From Lama glama (lineage: Eukaryota), in the NCBI GenBank assembly GCA_028534125.1, contig CM052851.1, forward strand, positions 4,650,001-4,714,000: DNA of 64,000 nucleotides. The letters are read 5' to 3'. The position numbers were made by a program, and so were the translations under genes. The notes beneath the pieces are model-generated. The model had not been told where the DNA came from. It was given only the letters and a program-made list of their open reading frames with translations, and searched no databases. This document shows, piece after piece, positions 1 to 16,293 of the stretch (its first letter is position 1; the number at the start of each line of letters is the position of its first letter).

Positions 1-863
1 GACAGAATTTGGGGTATTTTTTTAAATCCCATGTGCCCTGGGTTGAAAGAGTGCCCTTCTCAGCAGTTTTTTCCTATTTCTTCAGCTTTTTCACACTGTG
101 AGGACTGCACTCCTGCTTGACATGCAGGCCTTAGTTTCAGGTTCTCTAGGGTAACTTTTTCCACTCAAGGTCCTGAACATCTGTTCCTTGCCACTTTCTC
201 AGGCTGGTGGGTAGAGGTATATTTTGATCCCCTTTTCAAGAATAGGGTGCCTCTTTGAGGTCCTGGCATGTACTGAGGTTATGTCTTGCTCCCCAGCCTC
301 TTACAGGTCTTTTGTCCCTCCTGAGTGTCAGAGCCTAGGCTCCCAAACCTCCCCTCCTCTGAAGGCCCTGTGGCATCTGCTCCCTCCCGCCACCCAGCTT
401 TGGATTCTCTCTGTCTTTGGTACCTGGGTCATCTCTTTCTTTCAAGTTCAGCTTTCTTCTTTTTTAAATAAAGATATCCACACATAAGTAGTGGGAGATG
501 TCCAACCACTCTCTCAATTCACCATATTACCAGAATACCCCCCCAACACTGCCCCATCTTTGAAAGCTGCCAGTGCCAGGGAGCTCCCTACCTCCCCGGG
601 GGCTGGAGAGATCCAAGTCTTGCTCACATTGGGGAATGATGGGTAGTTGAGGACAGGGTTCCTCCAGGCAGATCAGATGGAGGGGAGGGGAGGACGAGGC
701 TGGGCAGGTGACATCACAAGCCAACTCTCTTGCCATATGTTGTCAGGAACAGAAGTCTGGGGCTGCTGGGTCTTTTTCATCCTGGGGCCTCATGCGGAGG
801 GTGTGCAGCATGAACCCTGCTGGTGTCTGGGGCCAGAGGAGCAACATTCTCCTTCCTGGAGCC

Positions 864-3621
864 TCAGTGGGTGGTAAGCATCATCACAAATTCTGCGGGA
901 GAAAAGGGGCAGTGCTTGGGCTGGTCCAAGCCAGGGATCCCAGGACGCATTGGGCTCAGCTTAGGAGCTGCAGGGATGCGGGGGGTTGGGGGGGGGATTG
1001 TCTGGGAAGGAGACTCACCATCAAAGTCTACAGTGCCATCCCCATTGAGGTCCACTTCTCGAAGCATTTCGTCCAGCTCAGGATCCACCAGCGGCTCCCC
1101 AAGCAGAGCCGGTGCTGCCTGTCGCAGCTCTGCCACCGTGATTCGCCCATCCCTGTCCCTGTCAAACTGGGATTCCAGCAGTCTTCACTCCCTCCTACCC
1201 AAAGCTGTCTTGACCTGCACCGACCTCCACCTTGCCACATCCTGTGCCTGGATGTCCCTATCTTTGTCCATCTACGCCTTCCTCTTCCTCCCAGGCAGAG
1301 GTAGTGAGCCCCTCTGCCCCAGGAAGTCTCCTTGGGTGGATCACCAAGCTGGGAGTGAGCCAAACCCTCTCTGACCCTTCCCTGGCCCTAGTCCCATCAG
1401 CTGCAGGGCTCTGGGCTCCAGAGGCTGAGGCTCCCAGTTTCCCCTGGCCTCAGTGGGAGGCGAGTAAGGGTACTGCCCAGCCACCCACGCACCCTGGAGG
1501 ATGCTCCACACCTCACGGAAGGCGATGCGCAGCTCCCGCACCCCCAACATGTGCGCCGTCTCCTCTCTCAGCTTCGGGCCCATCATCTCCACAAATTCCT
1601 CGAAGTCCACGCGGCCACCCACTGCAGACCCAGGCAAAATGTCACAGTGGTGAGGGCTGGGGCCCAAGGAGGGATGTCATGAGGGCCAGCCACTCCCCAG
1701 CTCTGCATCCAGGAAGGACACCCATGTAATGGCCCCAGGAGGGTAGGAGGTTGCAGCCCAGGGCTCTGCTGGAGGTGAAATGCTCAGGAAGTACTCTCAG
1801 CAAAGCAGCCAAGTACGTGAGAAAGAGACTGGGCTGTGCAACCAGACAGCCCCAGGTTCAAGGCCTGGCTCTGCCACTAATAATGTGGACCTGGGTGACT
1901 TACTGAACCTCCCTCCTCATCCAAGGACAGGGTGCTGTTGGGGTTGGAGTTCATAGCTATAAAGTGCTGGAACCTCATTGGCAGCAGTAAATATCCCTTA
2001 GGAGCATACCCACCTAGTCCTTGGATTCTAAGATGCCATCAATTATAAAAAGTATCAATGATCAATTAATAGCTTTGAGGAAAATAAAGAAATATGACAC
2101 TAAATATTCACATTAATTGTAAGTCAGATCCTATTTTAGAAACTGTAAAGAAAAAACCAAATGCAGGTGTCCTGGGATGAAGGGAATCTGATATTTGACA
2201 AATCAGCTCATGCTAATCACACAGGTGCAGCCCATTGGACATTTAATTGCAAGGAATGGTAAGGACTCTGTCACACTAGTCCTCACTCTTTTCAGGAGCC
2301 TTGGGAGGGCCAGAGAGACAGACAGACAGCCCAGGTGGCTGGTACCAGCACAGACCACTTGGTCTCAGTTAGAGATGGGGTCCTCAGTCTGAGCCCCAAG
2401 GGCCTCTCTTGGCACCCCATGCCTTCCTTGCCCCCCAACCCCCCTGTCTCCTGGCCAATGTCAAACTATCCTGAAAATTGCCACCCCCCTCACTCCATCA
2501 TCACCCCTGCTGGGCTCCCAGAGACACCTCCCACCATCCCTCTGGGGTGGAGCTGACCTGGGCTGCAAAGCCAGGTGGCTCCCACCCTCCCCGCCCCACC
2601 CCACCCCAGGCCGAGGGGGGTCTAGCACTGACTTCGCATCTTGACGTGCTGGGAGACCTCAATGAGCTCCATCTCGGTGGGCATGTAGCCCAGCGTCCGC
2701 ATGCACTCGCCCAGCTCCCGGTAGCCGATGTAACCATCGTGGTCTGTGTCAAACTCCTCAAAGGCAGCCTGAAGCTCTGCAGGGGAGGGAGGTCAGAGGC
2801 AGGCAGCCAGGCTCTGGGATACTTCCCACCCGCCACTGCCGGCAAGGGCCACTCACCATCCAGCTCCTCCGGGCCCAGCTCGCGGTCCTGCAGGGGCAGA
2901 GTCCAACATGTCGCCGGGGCCAGCCAGGGCTTTGGCCATCCTTCCTCCTCCAGCCCCAGCCCGTGCTGGCCTGGGCAGAGCCAGTCCCACAAGGGCGGGA
3001 GAAGGCAACTGAAGTCCCATGGGTCTCAGGAGAAGTGGTGACCCCCTTCCTGCTCCTGGGGCCCCAAGCTCCCACAGAACCCTGGGTTTGAGATCTGGCT
3101 CCACCCACTGCCCAAGCTGCCCAAGACCTACCCTTCCCCAAACTGCAGAAACCCTACCCCCACAACCCAGGCCTGCATCCTAGGGGCAGGGTGGACTGAG
3201 CCTGAGGCCAGGAGTCCCCATCCCCACCCGCAGCACCCAACCCTGCCCTGCCCAGGCCCCACCTGACCTTCCCGAAGATGCGGTTCAGCAGGGGCCCATA
3301 TGTCCTCTGAGCAGCATCATGCTGGGGGGCAAGACGATGCCGGTGGGACTGGCGACGAGAGGCCGGCCCGGGGGCTGCAGGGGCTGGATCTTCCTGCCCT
3401 TCTCCGGTCTTAGCTGGGTTCTTGCTGCTTCCCGGGGCCTCAGGGCCCTGTGTGGGGGCCTGCTCCCCGGAGCTGCCAGTGCTCTTTCTGGACCCTCGGA
3501 GCCCCTTCTCCTTCTTGCTCCTCCTCCTGGTCAAGGGGGGCCCTTCAGCACCGCTACTGGAAGCCTGGGGGCTGGGGGCTGGGGCTGAGCCATGCTGTCC
3601 CCTCCCTTGCTCTGTGGCCAT
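864..3621 (-). CDS. CABP4: Calcium-binding protein 4 (photoreceptor CaBP), 6 coding exons, 271 aa
   Basis: Exons 3268-3621, 2857-2887, 2633-2776, 1512-1621, 1019-1166, 864-892, all GT-AG, sum 816 nt. Translation [11 protein letters not shown]...[40 protein letters not shown]...[20 protein letters not shown] has the CaBP EF-hands and matches CABP4. Confidence 0.97.
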
Positions 3622-3742
3622 GTGGGAAGGGGTGACGGGGCTCAGAGACACAGCACTAGAGAGCACCCTGAATCCCAGGACCCATAAAGCTGCTTACGCA
3701 CCCCCACCTGAGAGCTGATGGCCAGGGATGGGGCCCTGAGGG

Positions 3743-3782
3743 GGATTAGGGTAAGTGAGGCAGGCAGCCCAAGCCCTAATCC
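3743..3782. promoter_or_regulatory. CABP4 proximal promoter with an inverted pair of CRX/OTX2 (K50 homeodomain) TAATCC sites
   Basis: GGATTAGGG at 3743-3751 and CCCTAATCC at 3774-3782 are exact reverse complements, about 120-160 bp upstream of the CABP4 ATG. Confidence 0.7.
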
Positions 3783-3879
3783 AGGCCCTCTGCCTGGGGG
3801 TGGCCAGGGCAGAGCCAGCTGGGTCAAGAGAACAGTTCTCAGCAACATGGGGTGCCAGGACACAGTGGCCACTGTGCGC

Positions 3880-4010
3880 TTCGGACTACAGTTCTACCAC
3901 TTATAAGCTGGGAGACCTGGCAATTTGTCACTAAGCCTCAGTTGCCTCATTTATAAAATGGGGACAATATTGCTGAAGAGTCGAAGACTCAGCCCTGTTG
4001 TGTGCCGTGG
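3880..4010 (+). mobile_element. MIR SINE
   Basis: MIR core CTAAGCCTCAGTTGCCTCATTTATAAAATGGGG. Confidence 0.65.
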
Positions 4011-5016
4011 GCAGGACGTAGCTAAGTGAGGACATGGGGAGGCCTCTTAGGTGGGAGGAAGAGTGGGGGCAAAGGCTGGGAGGTGGGAAAGGAGAGGAAG
4101 GGTTGCCCACTGTGGACCCCCATGGGTGGCATCCTGGCTGGAGCAGAGGCTGTGTGAAATTGAGGAAGAGAGGCCAGATCACAGAGGCCTTGAATCACAG
4201 ATGATTGAGGATCATGGGAGTGTCACAGGAGTGACATCAGACGAGGGGGACCCAGAGCCTGCCCGATCTGGAGGGGCCCAAGGTGAGGAGGTTTCAGCCA
4301 CCTGGCCCTGTTGAGGTTTGGTGGGTGCCTGGCTGGTCACTTGGCCCTACTGGGCTGGGGTTAGGGTTTCCCGGCAAACAGCCCCATGAATGATTGATGT
4401 CCTCTCAGCTTGGGTTTCATGCCGACCGCCTTCGTGCCGCCGGGCGCCATGCAGCAGGCCCCGGCGTGGGGCCGTGTGGACAGCTAGACCTCCGGGCAGG
4501 CAGGCAGGCACGCCGTGCTCCTTCCAGCCAGCAGCCTGCACTTCACAGGTAAGCCAGACCTCACCAGTCGGGGCCCAGGGAGCCCAGGGCTCTGATCCAG
4601 TAGGGGTTGGAGCTGGCAGAGTTGGGGACTGCCTGAGTAAGAGCACTAGGGGTGGGGAGACCATTAGGCTAAAGGTCAAGTGGCCGGAGCCATGGGCTAC
4701 AGGCAGTATGGAGCCTTTCTGGGGCATCTGGTTTCCCTACCTTCAGAGGGAAACTCCCTCCCCCAGCTAGGGAAGGTGGGGCGGGGGCAGCAGGCCTCTT
4801 AGGACCCAGTCACCCTTATCCTGGCCACACTGCTGAGCCTCTTGCCCCCTTTTCTGTTTAGTAGCCCCACGGAACAAATGAGAGCCATCCTCTGCCCCAG
4901 ACTCCTTACCCACCCTTGGATTTTACCAGCCCACGGGACCCTGAGCCCTCCCCACTTCGACTCTTACACTCTTGAATCCAGGATGCCAGACAAAAAGGAA
5001 CCTGCGATGCTCTGAC

Positions 5017-5142
5017 CAAGGGGCTTTTAAACTGTGTTCCCTGGAGCCCTAAGGATGCTCTCCCTCCTTTAATCTGAGCACACCCTTTTAGTTCATAAAA
5101 GAATCACTATAATATTTTATTGAAATATATTTAAAACCTCTG
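5017..5142. mobile_element. Short hAT-Charlie-type MITE remnant
   Basis: Imperfect inverted ends CAAGGGGCTTTTAAA ... TTTAAAACCTCTG around an AT-rich core. Confidence 0.4.
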
Positions 5143-5456
5143 GTTTAGTCTATTTGGACACAATGGGATGCCCTGTAGCAGAATGGTTGGTCTGAGTTCT
5201 GGTGCCCACATTCCTACCTCTGACCTTGGGAACCTTCCTCTCCTTACCTGTAGAGTGGATTTTATGAGGACTAGGTGAAGCAATCTATTTAAAGACTCTG
5301 GCAAAAGATTATCACACCAAAGGTAATGATGTTGGACCAGAGAGAAATAGTGACTTGCATGGAGAGGCACAGCATCCTCTCTCTCATCAGTCATTCATGC
5401 TTTCACTGATTTACCAGGTGCCCACTCCATGTCCGGTGGTACACTGGGGACCTCAG

Positions 5457-6896
5457 ATGGACACTGCAATGGAAGCTAACCTGGGTGCCGTGGGTCACGG
5501 GCCCCGTACAGAGCTTGAAGACGAGGACTACTACCCCCAGGGTGGCTGGGACACGGTCTTCCTGGTGGCCCTACTGCTCCTGGGGCTGCCAGCCAATGGG
5601 CTCATGGCGTGGCTGGCTGGCTCGCAGGCCCGGCAGGGAGCAGGCACACGGCTCGCCCTGCTCCTGCTCAGCTTAGCCTTGTCTGACTTTTTGTTCCTGG
5701 CGGCAGCAGCCTTCCAGATCCTGGAGATCCAGCATGGAGGGCACTGGCCTCTGGGGACGGCTGCCTGCCGCTTCTACTACTTCCTGTGGGGTGTGTCCTA
5801 CTCCTCCGGCCTCTTCCTACTGGCAGCCCTCAGCCTGGACCGCTGCCTCCTGGCGCTGTGCCCACGCTGGTACCCTGGTCATCGTCCAGCCCGCCTGCCC
5901 CTCTGGGTCTCTGCCGGGGTCTGGGTGCTGGCCACCCTCTTCAGCGTGCCCTGGCTTGTCTTCCCTGAGGCCGCCGTCTGGTGGTACGACCTGGTCATCT
6001 GCCTGGATTTCTGGGACAGCGAGGAGCTGCCGCTGCGGATGCTGGAGATCCTGGGGGGCTTCCTGCCTTTTCTCCTGTTGCTCGTCTGCCACATGCTTAC
6101 CCAGGCCGCTGCCTGCAGGACCTGCCACTGCCACCAGCCTAGGTCCATGGCCTGCCATGGCTTTGCCCGTGTGGCCAAGACCATTTTGTCAGCCTATGTG
6201 GTCCTGCGGCTGCCCTACCAACTGGCGCAGCTGCTGTACCTGGCCTTCCTGTGGGACATCTACCCCGGCTACCTGCTCTGGGAGGCTCTGGTCTACTCTG
6301 ACTACCTGATCCTGCTCAACAGCTGCCTCAGCCCCTTCCTCTGCCTCCTGGCCAGCGCCGACCTTCGGGCCCTGCTGCGCGAGCTGCTCTCCTCCTTCGC
6401 GGCAGCTGTCTGTGAGGAGCGGCCAGGCAGCTTCACGCCAGCTGAGCCACAGACCCACGTGGACTCTGGTGATCAGACTCTGCCAGGGCTCACGGCTGAG
6501 GCTCAGCCACAGGTGAACCCCACGCCCCCCCCACAGGAGAACCCCGTGGCCCAGCCACGGTTGGATTCCATGGCTCAGCCACAGGCAAACCGTATGAGTC
6601 AGCCACAGTCAGAGTCAGTGGTCCAGCCTCAGCTGAACCCCAGGGCCCAGCCACAGGAGAACCATGAGGCCCAGCCCCAGCTGGATCCTGTGGCCCAGCC
6701 CCAGGCAAGCCCCGAGGCCCAGACCCCTGGGCCCACTGCCAGCCCAGTCCCCAGCCCCTGCGATGAAGCCTCCTCTGCCCCATCCATGGATTCCACCCCA
6801 GAGGTCCCTGTGAACCCAGCCACACCTGCCGCCTCAGAGGGAGAAAGCCCCAGCAGCGTCCCCCAAGAGGAGGCCCCGGGTACAGGCCCTACGTGA
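5457..6896 (+). CDS. GPR152: Orphan class A GPCR GPR152, single coding exon, 479 aa
   Basis: MDTAMEANLG...GLPANG...LALSD...SLDRC...NSCLSPFL, seven hydrophobic segments and a Q/P-rich tail ending GPT*. The start Met is residue 35 of the 5355 ORF in the track. Confidence 0.96.
   Translation: MDTAMEANLGAVGHGPRTELEDEDYYPQGGWDTVFLVALLLLGLPANGLMAWLAGSQARQGAGTRLALLLLSLALSDFLFLAAAAFQILEIQHGGHWPLGTAACRFYYFLWGVSYSSGLFLLAALSLDRCLLALCPRWYPGHRPARLPLWVSAGVWVLATLFSVPWLVFPEAAVWWYDLVICLDFWDSEELPLRMLEILGGFLPFLLLLVCHMLTQAAACRTCHCHQPRSMACHGFARVAKTILSAYVVLRLPYQLAQLLYLAFLWDIYPGYLLWEALVYSDYLILLNSCLSPFLCLLASADLRALLRELLSSFAAAVCEERPGSFTPAEPQTHVDSGDQTLPGLTAEAQPQVNPTPPPQENPVAQPRLDSMAQPQANRMSQPQSESVVQPQLNPRAQPQENHEAQPQLDPVAQPQASPEAQTPGPTASPVPSPCDEASSAPSMDSTPEVPVNPATPAASEGESPSSVPQEEAPGTGPT
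6501..6716 (+). repeat. Coding 24-nt minisatellite, 9 degenerate octapeptide units (AQPQxNPx) in the GPR152 C-tail
   Basis: AQPQVNPT/PPPQENPV/AQPRLDSM/AQPQANRM/SQPQSESV/VQPQLNPR/AQPQENHE/AQPQLDPV/AQPQASPE. Confidence 0.85.
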
Positions 6897-8570
6897 GGGT
6901 CCAGGAAAGTCCAGGCCCATCAGGGCAGCAGAAGAGCCAAGGGAGACAGAGGAACCAGCCAGTCAGAGAGGAGGGTTGCTGTGGAAGGGGTCCTCGTGGA
7001 GCACCCCAGCAAGGCCCTTGGGCCTGGCAGGTGGACTCGGGGGAAGTGACCATGAAGCAGCCAAAAGTCCCGGACAGTTTGTTGCCAGCCTCGCAGCCCC
7101 GCCCAGGTCCCAGCAAGCTCCTCCATGCTTGGCCCACACACAGGGGCCCGAGCGCCCCTGAGCTATCACAGCCGATGGTGCCTTGCTGGGCTCTTCCCTC
7201 CGATGTCCCCCAAACCCCACTGACAGTTTCCCCCTTAGCTTTGGTCCTGGAGTAGAAAGACAAGCAGGCTGACTTCCCCAGCTTGATCTGACCTCCCCTT
7301 ATCCTTCCCTGCCTCCCCTCCTTCCTGTTCCATCCTCTAACCTGGGCACCAGGAGCCGAAGGAGGGAGTCCCTGTAGAGAAGGGAGGCACTCAGGAGCTA
7401 TCAGGAGTCCAGGGTCTTAGGAGTCCACAGGCTGGCCTGGCATGGCCAAGCCCTCTCCACCAGCCCCCTGCCTTCAAGAGGCAGTGATGCTGGGACAGGA
7501 CTTCCCTCACTCAGCAAGGTGATGGGAGTAGAGGTGAGAGCTAGCAAGCCTGGATTCCAGTCAGGCTCTGGGTGACTCTGGACAAACAGATTCGCCCCCG
7601 AGCTCCTGTTTCATCTGCCATTGTGAGGATTAAATGAGAAAGTGTGTGAGGTGCCTGGCAGCAACTGGCTCACAATAGGGGCTCAGTGAACAGAGGCTCT
7701 TCCTTCACTGACAGCCAGGGATGTCCCTGCTGGGGCTCGGGATTGATGGGAGGAGGCACTTGGGATCCTGTGAGCTTCAGGGGAGATTAGCTGTGCCCGT
7801 GACCAGCTCTGGGCTGCATATTCCCTGGCCTGAGGGAGTATGGGGCCACCTCTGTGCCTTGAGCAGCTCAGGGGACTTCCAGGTCTGCTACATTTAAGGA
7901 TTCAACTAGTGTTCACCTGTCCCCTCACTGTGGTGGGGGCTGAGGTCCAGAGTGCCCTGATCCTGTCACCACCAAGCCCCTTCTATACACTCAGCCCAGA
8001 TGCAGAGATGGGCGGATGTCGAAGCAGAGAACTCTGGGGACCAGTGGCTCCAGAGATAGCCCAGGCCCCTTGGAGGTCACGCAGTGTCTCTGGAACATAG
8101 CCAACCTCTTCGCTCTCAAGCTGCAGACACTGCTAGAAAAAGTAGGAAGTACTGAAGGTCTATTTTCAAGCCCTACCCCACTTCCTTTTCACACCCACCA
8201 CTCTCTTCTGGCACTCTCCCCACCCAGCTTTCTTTCAACCCCCAGGGCTTCAAAATCATGAACTTCTTCCTCTTCAATGCCCCCCCCCCAAACCCTTCCC
8301 CTTAGCTCAGGACTGTGACCTTTAGAAGCTGAGAAATGCCTTTACCAGTAACTGTAAGTGACAATAACATTTTACATACTACCCTTCCCAGGGGTACTTG
8401 CATTTTTTTTAAAGGCAGCAGCCTGTACAGGCAGCCTGAAATGGCGCAGTCAGATCTGTCTTCTGGTTCAGAGGTCTCTGTTTTCCCCTCTGTAAAATGA
8501 GGTGATAATGTTCCCCTTGCAAGTTTGGCTGTTGTGATCATTAACCAAACCCGGAGATGGCAGCGCACTG

Positions 8571-8591
8571 GGTGGTGGTGGTGGTGGTGGT
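8571..8591. repeat. (GGT)7 microsatellite
   Basis: Read directly from the sequence. Confidence 0.9.
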
Positions 8592-8789
8592 GAGAATACT
8601 AGCCTAGTTGTAGCATTTCCTAGAATTGTCGGCACTGAGGCTGGTGGAATAGAGATTTCCGGACAGGCACAAATTTGTTGAATTCACTAATTTAGCAGAT
8701 ATTTATTGAGCACTTGTTAGGTACCTTTCCAGCCAGCCTTCCATTTTGGAGACACATGGGTGGGGTTAGGGCACAGCTCCTAGTGTAGC

Positions 8790-8980
8790 TCAGAGGTGGT
8801 TTGAATCCTGGCTCTCCACCACTCACCAGCTGTGTGACATTCAGCCAGGCTCTGGGCTTCTATGGGACTCAGTTTCCTGACCTGTAAAGTGGGGATTCCA
8901 TTTTCTAGGAGTATTAATCCCTATGAAGTGCTTGGATTCTTGCCTGGCACAGAGTAAGTGCTTCATAATTGTTAGCCATT
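8790..8980 (+). mobile_element. MIR SINE
   Basis: GTTTGAATCCTGGCTCTCCACCACTCACCAGCTGTGTGAC...CTCAGTTTCCTGACCTGTAAAGTGGGG...TGCCTGGCACAGAGTAAGTGCT. Confidence 0.75.
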
Positions 8981-9674
8981 AATTCGATTGTGCCAGTGGA
9001 CACCCCCAGGCCTCACTCAGGCCTGGGACCTGCACTGACCCACCAGAGCCCATGTGGCAGCACTCTGTCCACCAGGCATGGTCCCCACCACCACACAGCC
9101 TGTTCCTCCACTTTCCATTACAGTACACACTTCCTGAGGGCAGGGTCTGGACTTACGACCCCTTTGCAGAGTGCCCCTCTTCCTTCTCCCAGGTGGGGGT
9201 CTCAAAGCCCTTTCATGGGGCAGGTAGATCAGGGACTAAAACCTCAGTGCCAGACACCTGCCTTCAGCTCTGGTCCATACTCCAGACCCCACCTTTGGAG
9301 AGTGGGCCAGCCCTACCTCCAAGGCCCCAGCAGGGAACGCTGCTCATAATGGATACTTGTTATTTAGGAGAAAAAGTAGGGCCATGAAGGGTTTTGTGAG
9401 ATAAAAAGGAGTCTCCAGCTGGCCCACAAAGGAGAGTTTTGTGTTGGATGAAACATGCACACCCAAGGCCAGAGAGGATGAAGGGAGGACTTACCCCCAA
9501 ATTCCCCAGCTCCTCTACCTCACCCCTAACACACTCCAGGCGCCTGGGTTCCTGTTGCTTCTGGAATATTCATTCTTCTATAGGTGGGAGACACACTTCC
9601 CTCTCCTTTGTAGGCACCAGACATTGACTATGATGATTGTGAATATGAACATTTTTCAATTCCACATTCAGGGC

Positions 9675-10200
9675 TGCTGTTCATTCATTCATTCAATGTA
9701 CACTCATTGAACACATCCTGTGGGCTTGGTCTTGCTCTAGGAACTGGGGATACAGGGGGAAAAAAGACAAAGTGCGGCCCTGAATTTGCTGACATCCTAG
9801 TGGAGCAAGGCAGACAAAAAGCAAATATACAAATCATTATACAATATAACATCAAGTAGTGATTAAGAACAATACAGGGGGGATGAGTAAGGGCCGGAGA
9901 GTGATTGGTGAGGCGGGTGGTCAGGCAGGGCCCTCAGAAGAGGGGACATTTGTGCAGAAGCCTGAGGGATGGAGCCTTTTCAAGATCTGGGGGAAAATTT
10001 CTAGATGGAGGGAAAAGGATGTGCCAAGGCACTGGGGTGGGAAGGAAGGTGGTGTGTTTCAGGGATAGGCTGGTCAGTGTCACTGTGCCACATGCAGGGA
10101 GAGGATGGAGGAAGGTAAGAAGTGGAGGGGGCAGGTGGGCAACAACCGTGGATGTGGTGATGAAGAGCAAAGGGAGGGCCCAGAGTAGGGGATCTGGTGT
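9675..10200 (-). mobile_element. L2 LINE 3' fragment
   Basis: TTCATTCATTCATTCAA end followed by CATTGAACAC...CTAGGAACTGGGGATACAG and GGTCAGGCAGGGCCCTCAGAAGAGGGGACATTTG. Confidence 0.65.
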
Positions 10201-10959
10201 GGGCTTTAGACTGGCTGTTGCCTTGGGGACACAATGGAGAGGGAAGCTTTGTGGCTGCATTCCCTCTTCCAAGCCACCCACATTCCTGTCCTGGGCTGAA
10301 AAGATTGGCCTGTCTTAGGGTTTATGGAGCAGTGGAAAAAGCAAGGACTTTGGCGTCCAGCAGATGGGGATCAAATACCAGATGGAAGGGGCAGATCCTG
10401 CCTGTGTGACCTATAGGGACACCTAAGTCTCCCAGGGTGGGATGGGGAGGTTGTCGATCTGGGAGGCCAGCTGGGCTCCTATCTCAGGAGCTGGCTAACA
10501 GGAGGGAACCATCTATGAACAAACCTCCAGGCCTCCGTGGGAGATGGCTGAGGAAAGGAAGGACGGTGTGAGGGATCTGGGGGTCATGGCTCTATTACTA
10601 TTTCTAATAAGGAGGCCAGGCAGGACCCAAGGATGCTCACCGCGAAGAATGAGATGGCTGGGGTCTTCCACTCACCCCTTAAAACACCGATGTTTTTATT
10701 TACATTGTACCAAGAGCATGTATCTTCGTACCTTAAGAAAAGGCATGCGAATATACTGACTATCCTAGTAGATAGTGCATTTTGGAGTCAAGGTGGACTA
10801 AGGGACCCGGAAGTATGCATTGAGGTGGGGGTTTGGGGGGGCCGGTCTCCACCCAACTCTGGCGACTCCTGAGGACTCCGACAAAAGGAGCAGGATTGGG
10901 AAGGGGCCCAAGTCTGCCGCCAGGCTGCACCACTCCGGCCCCATCCCTGTCCCTGCCCC

Positions 10960-11420
10960 TGCCCCTTTGCCCCATAGTGTCCCGGAGGCCGGCGGGGCGG
11001 GGCTCGCCGAGGCCCCGCCCCGCGTCCCTGGCGCTCCTGGCGCTCCCGCCACCTCCGCGCCCCGGCACTCCCCGCACTGCCGGCGCCCCCAGCCTCCTAG
11101 CTCCAGCTCACAGCCTCCCGCCCCGCCCCTCCGCGCGTGATTTCGGCCCCGCCCCCGTGAGCCCCCGCCCCGCTCCCGCCCCCCCCCCCCCCCCCCGCTC
11201 CTCTGTCACTTCCTGATTCCCGCTTCCTGCTTCCCAGAGACTGGGATCCTGAGCCACCCGAGGCTGGTGCTGCAGCTCCCGGCGACCCCGGTAAGCGCAG
11301 CGGTCCGGGGCTGGGGGCGCGGGTAGGAGGTTGGGCGGGATTTCGGGGGCAGAGCCGTGGGGGGCTAGGATGGGGGTCGCGAGTCCGAGGAGCCCTTCCC
11401 CTCCGCTGCGCTCCACCCTC
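10960..11420 (+). promoter_or_regulatory. CORO1B CpG-island promoter and non-coding exon 1 (donor GTAAGC at 11291)
   Basis: Dense CpG, several GC boxes (CCCCGCCC), C18 run at 11179-11196, clustered ETS-type CTTCC motifs at about 11208-11234, then ccg|gtaagc. Confidence 0.8.
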
Positions 11421-12075
11421 AGTCCCAGCTCCCCTTGGCCGCATAGCCTCTCCCCTCCTGGGCCGGAATCCCTGGAAGTTGCGCTCCTGGTTCACCTTGG
11501 ACCCCGCTCTGAGGACTCTCGGGGATGCTCTGTGGCTGAGAGCGACGTCCTGACCCCCGCTCAGTCCCTGCCAGGTCTCCTAGGCTGATCTGGGGCTCAC
11601 TGCGTATTCCTGCAGGCACTGCACATTCCGTGGGACCCAGAACTGGGGCCGAGCGCGGTCCCACAGCGGAGACCATTTCTGTCTGTCCTCCCCATTACCT
11701 GGCCTCCAAATCCTGCGCAGGAAGGAGACTGTTGGGAGTTGACTAGGACCCACAGAGGAGCTAAGCTTGCTCTGGCTTCAGCACCTCACACCTCCTCCAT
11801 ACACATACCAGTACCTGGGAGGGGCCCCAGGTTGGGTCCTGCAAAGCCCCTGAGGACTCAACAGTGTAGGCCTGAGGTCAATGCAGTTCCACCTTCAGAT
11901 ACCCCCTTGGGGAGAGGCAGCCAGATCTGTGCTGGGATCCTGTTCTGCAACTGGGGAAACTGACAGCCAGGTGGTTATAATGCCGATGCCCCGTATTGCA
12001 TCCTCCCCACCTCTCTTCATGCAGCTTGGGAGGGTTGGGGCTTCTTGGGATGGTCTTGGGATGGGTGGAGGCTGA

Positions 12076-16293
<4,218 letters not shown>

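Noticed and set aside
1-480. T-rich segment with AATAAA on + at 467
   Set aside because: Wrong strand for CABP4; probably an old L1-derived stretch that cannot be assigned by eye.
5355-5456. 34-aa N-terminal extension of the GPR152 ORF in the track
   Set aside because: Begins at a non-ATG codon and covers sequence that looks like an intron end; the homologous start is MDT at 5457.
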